NCBI GenBank assembly: GCA_009859145.1
Contig: VRVR01000035.1
Coordinates: 37,978-101,977, forward strand
Length of the DNA stretch: 64,000 nt
Source: Andalucia godoyi And28
Lineage: Eukaryota; Protista; Jakobida
Direction: 5' to 3'
This document shows, piece after piece, positions 49,480 through 58,410 of the stretch (positions are counted from its first letter, which is position 1; each line of letters opens with the position of its first letter). The notes under the pieces were generated by a model. The model ran no database searches and was not told where the DNA came from. It saw only the letters and a program-made list of their open reading frames with translations. A program made the position numbers and the translations under genes.

Positions 49480-52400
49480 TCAGCTAAACAAGGCGTTAAA
49501 CGTCGTTTCGACTTCTCTTCGAATGTCCGGAGCACGCAACACATCTTCCCGACGAAGCAGGTCCCTCCATCGGACAGCATGGGCATGTCGACGAGCCTTG
49601 TTCAAATTCGAAGCGCAATCAAGAATCCAAGCGTTCAAAACCCGCACCTCCAAAAGGAAAACGGTTCGATGAACGTCAGTTGGGAACGGCTGGTTGGACT
49701 GTGCTTCAATCGTGTGCAACAAGAGATCAATCAGAAATGACGTTCGTTTCTTATCCTGGATGAACGCAGATAGGGCTAATAGGATGCGGCAGACCGCATG
49801 CCGCAGAGGAATTTGCTTTTCGTGGAATTGAAAGATTTGAATGAGTCGAGTGTCCAGCGTTGCTGCGAAGTGATCCATAATGGAAGCTCGCTGATCTTGT
49901 ACTGAAGGCGGACGCTCGACATACCCGCGGGAAGAAGCAGAGACTGCGCTGATCATGTCCCAGATAAGTTGAAGAGTCTCGGAGAGAACGTCTAGGTTTG
50001 TTTTTGAGACTGGGGAGTCCAACACACGAGAAACGACCGCGAGTCCGCCATACTCACGAAAAGCAGACGACAGACGGGGCGAGAGCGACAAGAACGCCCG
50101 GAGAGCGACCATCACTGCCGTTCGAATGGGAGTATTCATAACAAGCGTCACAAGACGAGATGACACTACCGATTCATTCACAAGAATTTCGTCCAGCAAA
50201 TGTCGGAAGCCGCGCTGGCAAATCTCGGCAATCACGATCACACACATGCATAACATGTCATTCGTGGCAGCTCCTCCGCTACACCAAGAAGCGGCCACAT
50301 TCGCAGACGGGCCATCCAACGACAACGAAGAGAGAGATGAAGAGGAGCCTGTGAGACTTGATCGTCGAGACTTGTCTCCGTACAGCAGTGCGACGGAATC
50401 ACCCGAGTCGGCATCCGCGGCAGCGGCAGCAGCAGCGGCGGACTTGGTTGGAGGGCGATTGCGACCTTCCACAGGCAGAATGGATAATAAGACCCGAAGA
50501 AGCAGTCTTGGTGCCCCCGAGTTGCAAAACACGTCGAACAGGGCATCGTGCGGAAACACGATCGCAGGGACAGACTCCAACACAACGCATATTTGGCCGA
50601 TGGACGGACCCGTGGACTGCAAGGATGCATTCGCCGCATTCATTAACGCGTCTACACCGCCATTTGCTACAAACAGTTGGCAGTTCTCCGCATTCCCTGT
50701 TCCAAAAAACGCATGCAACAACGATGCAAAATCGTCCAGCGTGGGAAACTGAGAGAATAAACATTCTTCTTGCAGCACACACTGCACCAAACGAATGCCA
50801 CCATAAGCCCGAAATAATTGCATGTTTGACGCGGACATTTGCGTGGCACATGCTACAACATGCAAGATATGGCGAAGTTCTGAAATCTTTGGAAGAATCG
50901 CCATTTCCGAAGACGAGTCGCCAGTAAAAGTGCGGAGGAAGAGCCCGGAAGAGCTGGAACGCGACGACGAAAGAGCAACAGAAAGCGTCGAGTGTTCTGG
51001 AGCTGCCCGAACATTCTGCACGATTTGCTCAAACCGATACATGAGAACAACAAACGCACCAGACAAGCGCAGTTCGTCGCAAAACCCTGTCTTCGTTTCG
51101 CAAAAAAGCTGGAGCTTGCGATATGCTTGAACGCGGGGTCCCGAATATGGCTTCGTCAATTCATACAGCTGGAATTCAATATCTCGAAAATGAGACAACT
51201 GGGACACGTCAACATGGTCAGGCAATGTGTGTGCCTCGGAGAGGTTCATCGACGACAGAATGGATGGCGGGGGAGGAGTGATGCCTACTGTCGTCGGTAA
51301 ACCGCGAACCGCGGCCACGGATTTGGCTGACGACGGTCGAGATGCAGATGCGGACGGAGGTCTGTTTGATTCGTTTCGTTTCCGAAGGTCTCCAACAGGA
51401 GGGGAATCCGTACGAGAGAAATAGCTGCCCTCATCAGTGTCGTTTTGGATGAAATCGTCAAGGAAATCGTCGTGAAGTCCCTCTGGAAGAGACAAGCCCC
51501 AATGGGCGTGAGCGTGAGCCTGGGAACCAGCATCCTCGATTGCGCTGGGTCTACCCTTTCCATCAGGGACTGGCACATTGATGCGTTGCAATGCAGGGCT
51601 GTCCGGTCGCCATTCGGAGACGCCTCGATCACTGAATCTGTGATCGTCCCCGTCTCTGAGAACGACTTCATCTTCTCGGCGCCGTGAAGGAGCTGATGAA
51701 GGGCGCTGTGACGATGCTGATGTAACGCTTGAGAGAGACGAGTTTGAAGGAGTTCGCACAGATGGCCGTGCAGCATTCGACCTCGATGCAGACTGGGGCC
51801 GAACAACCACGCGAGGCGAAGCAGGAAACGCATTATTAATCTGCACTCGGACCGCAGAACTTTGTTCGTCATGCGAAGTCCGTGGAGCTGATGCTCTGCC
51901 ATTTGGAGTCGGTGAGTTGGAAAGTGGGAGTGGATTAAACATCAGAACAACGGGAACCGGAGTGGCACGAGGGGTCCTTAACGGTGTTGCGGAAGACGGT
52001 CTCCTCGGTGGAGCAGTTCCTGGAAATGCAGTTAAATTTGCAGCATTTGAATACACATACGAACCCAAAGGCGGCTCAGAGACTGTTGCATTCTGCACGG
52101 AACGGGAAGACTGGCTCCCAGAAGCCGGTCTTCTCTTCTTCTTTTTCTTCGTGTTCTTCCTTTGACTCGTCGCACTCTCGGCAATTCCGGACGACACCAG
52201 TTCCGCTTCTGCGCCAAGCGCATGCATATCCATCATTGGAGTCTTCAAATTGAATGCGGATCCCGTCGTGACAGCACCAGACGGTACGAATCGCATCGAT
52301 GACGGCGTTGGTGTAGCACGGTCACCATCGTCACTTCCAGCATAGCTAAGGAAACTCGACTTTGAAATCGACCTTGCAGAAAGCGGTCTTCGAGGAGACA

Positions 52401-52695
52401 GCTTCGGATGGGTCGGCGCAGCAGCGGCTCCACCACCTCCACCAGCAGCCGATGGCGCCGACAATGACAATGGCGATGATGATGACGATGATATAGGTCT
52501 TGCAGAGAGTGGTCTTCGTGGAGATGCGGATAAAGACCCTGGTTGTGCAATGGACTTCGTATTGAGAGAAGGAACCATGTGTGCGCTTGACGGACGGCCT
52601 GTCGCTCGCTCTTGCTGGTCCTGTATCGCCGCTCGCTTGGCAGCAAGCGATCCGTACGCAAACCCGGTGATTTGAAGGCTTCCTGAAAACAACAT
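49480..52695 (-). CDS. Protein with disordered Ser/Pro/Arg N-half (repeated RPxSA motifs) and armadillo-like helical C-half
   Basis: ARM-like units LRLSGAFVVL, FRAYGGIRLV, FVANGGVDAL, FCNSGAPRLL, FREYGGLAVV; 1071-aa ORF. Confidence 0.7.
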   Translation of the reverse strand: MLFSGSLQITGFAYGSLAAKRAAIQDQQERATGRPSSAHMVPSLNTKSIAQPGSLSASPRRPLSARPISSSSSSPLSLSAPSAAGGGGGAAAAPTHPKLSPRRPLSARSISKSSFLSYAGSDDGDRATPTPSSMRFVPSGAVTTGSAFNLKTPMMDMHALGAEAELVSSGIAESATSQRKNTKKKKKRRPASGSQSSRSVQNATVSEPPLGSYVYSNAANLTAFPGTAPPRRPSSATPLRTPRATPVPVVLMFNPLPLSNSPTPNGRASAPRTSHDEQSSAVRVQINNAFPASPRVVVRPQSASRSNAARPSVRTPSNSSLSSVTSASSQRPSSAPSRRREDEVVLRDGDDHRFSDRGVSEWRPDSPALQRINVPVPDGKGRPSAIEDAGSQAHAHAHWGLSLPEGLHDDFLDDFIQNDTDEGSYFSRTDSPPVGDLRKRNESNRPPSASASRPSSAKSVAAVRGLPTTVGITPPPPSILSSMNLSEAHTLPDHVDVSQLSHFRDIEFQLYELTKPYSGPRVQAYRKLQLFCETKTGFCDELRLSGAFVVLMYRFEQIVQNVRAAPEHSTLSVALSSSRSSSSGLFLRTFTGDSSSEMAILPKISELRHILHVVACATQMSASNMQLFRAYGGIRLVQCVLQEECLFSQFPTLDDFASLLHAFFGTGNAENCQLFVANGGVDALMNAANASLQSTGPSIGQICVVLESVPAIVFPHDALFDVFCNSGAPRLLLRVLLSILPVEGRNRPPTKSAAAAAAAADADSGDSVALLYGDKSRRSSLTGSSSSLSSLSLDGPSANVAASWCSGGAATNDMLCMCVIVIAEICQRGFRHLLDEILVNESVVSSRLVTLVMNTPIRTAVMVALRAFLSLSPRLSSAFREYGGLAVVSRVLDSPVSKTNLDVLSETLQLIWDMISAVSASSRGYVERPPSVQDQRASIMDHFAATLDTRLIQIFQFHEKQIPLRHAVCRILLALSAFIQDKKRTSFLIDLLLHTIEAQSNQPFPTDVHRTVFLLEVRVLNAWILDCASNLNKARRHAHAVRWRDLLRREDVLRAPDIRREVETTFNALFS

Positions 52696-52782
52696 CTATC
52701 CAACACGATGCAACATTTGTCAACCCTCGGACTGAACGCTCTTCAGAAGGAAGCGGGGGGCAATTTATTTCTGGCAAAATAT

Positions 52783-52784
52783 GA

Positions 52785-52815
<31 letters not shown>

Positions 52816-52836
52816 CAAAACAAATCAAATCAAAAC
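52783..52836. repeat. (CAAAA)n/(CAAAT)n tract in intergenic DNA
   Basis: Directly visible pentamer run. Confidence 0.75.
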
Positions 52837-52922
52837 AGTGAAAATCAAAAATGAGCCAATAAAATAAAATTGGCGGACTTCAAAAAATAGACCCAACGAC
52901 CTGGCTGGGAGCTTGTATGGGA

Positions 52923-55900
52923 CTACAGTCGAAATTCGTAATCAATGGACAAGCTGAAGCGGATTTTGCGTAGGCGGACCAGCAGGTCGGCGAGGTTGCG
53001 TCTCAGACGAATGTTTGAGAAAATCGGGACGCTTTCATCCACGTAGAATTTCTTGACATGTCGCACTTCTGTGGAGGCACACAAAACCAACTGATCCAGA
53101 ATTCCGTAATTTAGCGCATAGCACACCAAGGATCGAAACTTCATACCGAGCAGTGCAAATTCATCCAGTTTCTTACGGGAGCGGGAGTGCTGATCATCGA
53201 TCCACTGACTCACGGTTTCGATGCTTTGAATAAGACGTGCATTCGTACCATCTCCTTTCGTGCAAGCTGTAGCAAACACATCGAACAGTGCATAATCGCG
53301 ACCGATAAATGCAATCTTGCGCTTCGCTTGGAAACCAATTAAAAAAATATTGGCAAGGGAATTGCAGAGTTCTCCACGAATTGCCGCCGCGACCTTCTTT
53401 CCAGTTTCGGTCTGTATGTCATCTGACAGCGAGTCGGCGCCCTCGGGAAGCAATGCAAAAATACGATTGACCGCTTTCTCAACATGATCCGCCAGAGGAT
53501 CGCTTTGCGGCACGACTGCAGCGGCGGTTGGAGGTGGGCCTTGGGTTCGAGTGGGAGCTGTAGTTTGGGTCGGAACTGGGCCGGAAAGAGTGGCGGTGCC
53601 ATCTGTAGGGGATTCTCGTGCAGAAGAAGCAGACGATGTGGACTCTGACAGTGTAGCAGACTCGGCACGCGGTGAGACAATGTCTGGGATCAGCACCGTC
53701 TGCGACTGCTTTCCAGACGCAGCAAGCGGCGCGGAGGACGCACTTCTTGCATCCAGTTCCTGCGCAGGCGCAATTTTCCAAATGAGTGACGAATCCGTGC
53801 TGATACACTGGCGCAAAATGGCTTCCAAGTTCAACGGGCGCTCAAAGTCCCGTTTCTGGAAATCCCGGGTGAATGATTGAAACCGGCGAAAAGGATCAAT
53901 GGTCCGGATCAGGGACCGAGGTTCATAGTTTCGTTCCAAAAGAAGAGTGTCGTTTGCGATTTGCTCAGCAATGAGCGAGATATCCACACTCGTATCGAAC
54001 ATGTAGACGATCAAGGCCACTGCGAAAACTGTCGTCGAAGATGACTCGAGATCATCCTCCAACAACTCTTCCGCCAATGCGTGAACCGGCGAGTTCATAA
54101 AGGCAGAGACAACGGACTTCACAGAATCTGAAGAGGTCTGTTGAACAACGTCGAAAACAGTTGGAAGAGAATCAAACAAACCTCTACGTTTCTTGATAAG
54201 GCCGTCCTTGAGGGACTCGTAAACGAAATGAACAAACATGGAAACGGGAAGAACCATGTTCTTGGACAGAACAAAGGAAATCCATGTCGAGATGGGATGT
54301 GAAGATCCAGATTCTGCACGCAACAAGACAGACTCCAGAGATTCGGATACACGTGCAGGAGGCGACGCAATCATGTCTGCATTCCACAGCCCAAACACAT
54401 TCAGTACGGAATTGAATACAATCTGCGAGTGCAAGCGAGGATACGAAACAATCTCAAACGGCACATCATCGCTGCACACGCACATTCGACGGCAGAAGGA
54501 GCCCGGATGAGGCGCAAATTCTCCATTTCCAATGGGAAGGAACAACAAAGGCGAAGGTATTGAAGAAAGCGAGAGCCTCGTCAAAGAAAGGGATTCTGCA
54601 TCGGTCGCAAAAGCATCTTCGAGCTCGGAATTCAAAAAGAAGATCCTCTCGCCTGCAGTGCGCACGGAAAGCACCGTAGCAGGACAAGAAACATCTGCAT
54701 CTGTAGATACATCCGATTCTTCCTCTGCTGCTGCTTCTGAATGCTCTTCAGAACCAGCGTCAAGAGTTTTCATCTCTTGCGATTGTGGGTCAACAGACTC
54801 TGCATCTGAGTTGGTCATAGTGGCTGCTGCACTTGCGACTGCAGCGGCGGTGCCTGCAGCGGCTACCGCGATAATCACCGCACTCCGCTCCTCCATCGAT
54901 TCATCCACTGCAGAATTCTCGACAACTCGCAACCGGTCATCCTTGTCCAGAACATCGGTTGCATTCCCGAACGGAAAACCGACTTCTGCAGAAGAAGTCC
55001 GTTCTTCAGAAATTGCAGGAAATCCGTCGTCGCCGCGGTGCTGTTGCTGTTGCTGCTGTTGTTGCTGTTGCTGTTGCTGCTCAGCACGGGAGTCTGCGTG
55101 CACGGCTTCCTCAGCAAGCACCGACTTGAGCCTGTTCATCAGAATGTCTGCATCTCTCGGGCCAAAGTACTGATCCATAATAGCCTGAAGATAGTCCGCT
55201 TCAACATCCCGCAAAGAAGCCGAGATCGTTTTTTGATCCCGGAAAATCACTAAATCCGACATAACATCTCTCTGGCGCTCGGCATTCTTCCTAATGTCGG
55301 CAAAGTGTGCAACATTTGGTACTGCCGTCAGAAAGGATGCAATGTCTTCGACATTTCGAATACGCAGCAAACGCTCTTTGTACATTCGACACTTCTCCAC
55401 AAGTTCGCGATGGATTCTCTCTCGAGCGGCCTTCACTAAATCCTTCACTGACGATATTAATTTTCGACCGAACAGGATCTTCGAAAAATCCACTACTTGA
55501 CGAAGTGTGGAAATCGAGTCGGAAGTCAGCAACAATTCGGTTTGCGAAACGAACTCGATGCACGAATCCGCGTATTCCAACGATGAAGTGTCATACTTCC
55601 GTTCCTCGAATTCCCGCTTCATGATCAGCAATCGATCCAGATTCAAAACGTATTTCCGGACGTCTGCCAACTTCTCTTCTCCATCCATGACTTTGAGTTT
55701 TGCTTGAATGGCATCCACGCTCAGAACCTCAGTATCCTCCATCAATTCAAAATATGCCTCTCGTAACTTTCCTTCAACCGAATTCAAGGCTGCCAGTTTT
55801 TCATGATAAGCTGTCAACTGTGAATCTGAAATTTGCACAGATTGGGCTGCCCGTATGGCAAGCGAGAGTTTTGCCGAGTTGAGATCTGTTTGTCTGACCA

Positions 55901-58226
55901 ATTGCTTCAGCCAGTGTAGAGTGGACCGCTGCGAAATCACAAGTGCCCTACACTGACGAGCAAATTTTTCAACAATCGACGATTTTGGTTTGTTTCGAAG
56001 TGAACTTATCAAAGCATCCAAAGCACCAAGATCACCACGATTGGTTGCCTCGCGGACATTCTGCTGTGTGGCTGCCAGGGACCTCAGCCACGCAATAACG
56101 TCCTTATCCGATGCAGACAGGAACGACCCTACTGAACCATACTCCTCATACAAGCGGACTTTTGCGTCAACCTCTTTGCACCCGGCCTCCACATCCATGG
56201 TATCCGCGACTCGTTTAATCGTCGCAACGATGTCATTTTCCAATTCAACTCTCTTTTGATAACGAACCACAAAGCGCTCCGCCGCAATGTAACAGGCTTC
56301 TTCAGGCAAAGAAGGAAATGCCCGAGCTCTTTGCAATGCTTTCTTGATGTCATCAAGGTTTTCTTCCTGAACCCCCTTCTCCAAAGTTTCTCGAACTTCG
56401 TCAATATTCCGAAGAAGATCCTGTGTCTGCCCTTTGGTCGATGCCTTATCCTTCTGCGTGTTCACATTATCCTTCAGATTCTTCAATTCCTTGAGAGAAA
56501 CCGTGTGACCAAGAAGCCGGGACGCCTGTTGCAGCGCAGTCCCAATGGCGATCCGCTTGTCAGAATACATCATCAAGTCATTCTGTGTCGGAACAATGAG
56601 CGCAAACACAGTGTTATCTTCGCTGTCAAACCAGATGCCTGCAATGTCCTTCAAAGATATTATTCTCTTAACAGCCTTCTTCGTCGAAAACACGTATACC
56701 GATTTGTCACACACGCACATTTGTTTGCGTTTTCCGGAACTCCTGCTTATCTTATCCACAAAGCCACTGAAAAAGACCTTGCGTTCTCCGTAAGATAGCA
56801 GCAATTGCACAAGAGCCGGCTGGGTTGTCAAATTCAAAAAGTCAGAGTCGCTTGACTCGAGATTTTGACTGTCGCCTTGGATGTCGTCAGCAGCCTTGGT
56901 GGCATCTTCTTTCTTTGCAGCATCCGGCCTGTCCACAGCAGAAGAACTAGAACTGCTGCCCGTCGTTCCTGCTGGTCCTGGTGCTGCTGCTGCAGGTCCT
57001 GCCCCTGCTGCCCCTGTCCCTGTCCCTGTTGCCACCACTATTGCTGGTGTTGCCGCAACGACAGCGGCTGCTGGAGGCGCATGCGACGTTGAGCTGTTTG
57101 CAGGAGAAGACGCAGTCGAATTCGCAGAAGGGCTCGAGGCAGGTTGCGTCGAAGTAGATGACTGTCCAGAAGATGACTGCGAATTATTTGCAGGAGGGAT
57201 CGGGATTGCCAGTGTCTGACCGGGTGTCGAAGAAACTGGTGACGTAGGAGTACCATTACCTTGGGCAGCCGTCTTCCTCTTAAGATCTCCGACGAACTTC
57301 TTCATCGTTGTGTCTCTCGGAACAGAGAGGATGCTCAGCTTCGGACAAACTTTCCGAAGAGGCTTGAGCAACGCTGTCCTTTTCTCGTCTAAATTCATCC
57401 AGGCCTCCTCCTTCTCTGACAAGACCATGATGCCGAAACTGTCCAAACAAACAGTGTGAATGGAGCGGAAGTCTAGTCTCTTACGGACGGCGCACTCCTT
57501 GTCCAGTATGTACAAAGCAGCATCTGTGAGAACCACAGAACATGATGAGGACTGTTTTTCGTCCACCAGCGAGCACGCGGCAGAAAATTCAACAATCCGA
57601 TCTCCGTATTTTGCGAGGGAATCCATGGCTGGTTTCGATAATGCCAATGCGAGCTCGTCCCCTTGTCTTGGACCTCCGCTTTGCAATCCAAATGACGAAT
57701 GCGACCCAGAGGCCGTTACCTTTAACAGTGGATTCACAACCTCATCGGCCGACCCAGTAGAACCGCCGGCAGCAGAAGAAAGCTCGTCGTCAGAATCGAC
57801 TGTGGCACCAAAATCGTCGTCATCTGAATTTTCGGCAAATTCAAACCCCGAAGAAGAGGAGAGAAAGCTCCCTCTTGACAAGGACTGTGACTTTTTTGTT
57901 CGAATGGTGTCAATGAACCGGTCCCGGTCTTCTGCCGACTCTGCGCACAAATGAAACACTCGCTTCATTGTTTCCACTTCAATACCGAAATTTCGATACT
58001 TTTTCGGCTGACCACGGTCAACATCATCCGGCGATACTTTTAAAATGTCCACTAGACGGATAGCTCCAAGCGGCTTCTCTCGATCCGACGAAGACGCGGA
58101 CTCGGAATAAAGTAACGTATGTCCTTTCAAAAAGAAAAACCTTCGTTTCCACCTCGAAAGCTTTCCTCCTACCTTGTGCAGGAAGAATTCGCTGCTTTCA
58201 GGAAGCACCCCGCCAACGAAACTCAT
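52923..58226 (-). CDS. Large multidomain protein: PH + two myosin-TH1-like (PH-like) domains + helical region + C-terminal RUN domain
   Basis: PH: LHKVGGKLSRWKRRFFFL...LGAIRL...FGIEVETMKRVFHLCAESAEDRDRFIDTI. TH1-like: DRIVEFS...VVLTDAALY...RKRLDF and ERKVFFSGFVDKISR...CDKSVY...KRIISLKDIAGI...FALIVP. RUN: LANIFLIGF...KFRSLVCYALN...KFY...LVRLRKIRFSL. Probable ATG at 58226. Confidence 0.8.
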   Translation of the reverse strand: MSFVGGVLPESSEFFLHKVGGKLSRWKRRFFFLKGHTLLYSESASSSDREKPLGAIRLVDILKVSPDDVDRGQPKKYRNFGIEVETMKRVFHLCAESAEDRDRFIDTIRTKKSQSLSRGSFLSSSSGFEFAENSDDDDFGATVDSDDELSSAAGGSTGSADEVVNPLLKVTASGSHSSFGLQSGGPRQGDELALALSKPAMDSLAKYGDRIVEFSAACSLVDEKQSSSCSVVLTDAALYILDKECAVRKRLDFRSIHTVCLDSFGIMVLSEKEEAWMNLDEKRTALLKPLRKVCPKLSILSVPRDTTMKKFVGDLKRKTAAQGNGTPTSPVSSTPGQTLAIPIPPANNSQSSSGQSSTSTQPASSPSANSTASSPANSSTSHAPPAAAVVAATPAIVVATGTGTGAAGAGPAAAAPGPAGTTGSSSSSSAVDRPDAAKKEDATKAADDIQGDSQNLESSDSDFLNLTTQPALVQLLLSYGERKVFFSGFVDKISRSSGKRKQMCVCDKSVYVFSTKKAVKRIISLKDIAGIWFDSEDNTVFALIVPTQNDLMMYSDKRIAIGTALQQASRLLGHTVSLKELKNLKDNVNTQKDKASTKGQTQDLLRNIDEVRETLEKGVQEENLDDIKKALQRARAFPSLPEEACYIAAERFVVRYQKRVELENDIVATIKRVADTMDVEAGCKEVDAKVRLYEEYGSVGSFLSASDKDVIAWLRSLAATQQNVREATNRGDLGALDALISSLRNKPKSSIVEKFARQCRALVISQRSTLHWLKQLVRQTDLNSAKLSLAIRAAQSVQISDSQLTAYHEKLAALNSVEGKLREAYFELMEDTEVLSVDAIQAKLKVMDGEEKLADVRKYVLNLDRLLIMKREFEERKYDTSSLEYADSCIEFVSQTELLLTSDSISTLRQVVDFSKILFGRKLISSVKDLVKAARERIHRELVEKCRMYKERLLRIRNVEDIASFLTAVPNVAHFADIRKNAERQRDVMSDLVIFRDQKTISASLRDVEADYLQAIMDQYFGPRDADILMNRLKSVLAEEAVHADSRAEQQQQQQQQQQQQQHRGDDGFPAISEERTSSAEVGFPFGNATDVLDKDDRLRVVENSAVDESMEERSAVIIAVAAAGTAAAVASAAATMTNSDAESVDPQSQEMKTLDAGSEEHSEAAAEEESDVSTDADVSCPATVLSVRTAGERIFFLNSELEDAFATDAESLSLTRLSLSSIPSPLLFLPIGNGEFAPHPGSFCRRMCVCSDDVPFEIVSYPRLHSQIVFNSVLNVFGLWNADMIASPPARVSESLESVLLRAESGSSHPISTWISFVLSKNMVLPVSMFVHFVYESLKDGLIKKRRGLFDSLPTVFDVVQQTSSDSVKSVVSAFMNSPVHALAEELLEDDLESSSTTVFAVALIVYMFDTSVDISLIAEQIANDTLLLERNYEPRSLIRTIDPFRRFQSFTRDFQKRDFERPLNLEAILRQCISTDSSLIWKIAPAQELDARSASSAPLAASGKQSQTVLIPDIVSPRAESATLSESTSSASSARESPTDGTATLSGPVPTQTTAPTRTQGPPPTAAAVVPQSDPLADHVEKAVNRIFALLPEGADSLSDDIQTETGKKVAAAIRGELCNSLANIFLIGFQAKRKIAFIGRDYALFDVFATACTKGDGTNARLIQSIETVSQWIDDQHSRSRKKLDEFALLGMKFRSLVCYALNYGILDQLVLCASTEVRHVKKFYVDESVPIFSNIRLRRNLADLLVRLRKIRFSLSIDYEFRL

Positions 58227-58410
58227 TCCGACCTTCAGACCCCTTTTTGGTGCTACAATCGAGACGAAGGAAAGAAGAGGAAAAAATCTAAACCAGCAGC
58301 AACAATGGATATTCAGCGAGTTAATTCCCAACAGAAGACGGTTCGGGGAGCGGCTGTTGTTGTTGTTGTTGTTGTTTCCTTTCTCTTTTTTTTTTATTTT
58401 AATTTTTTTT

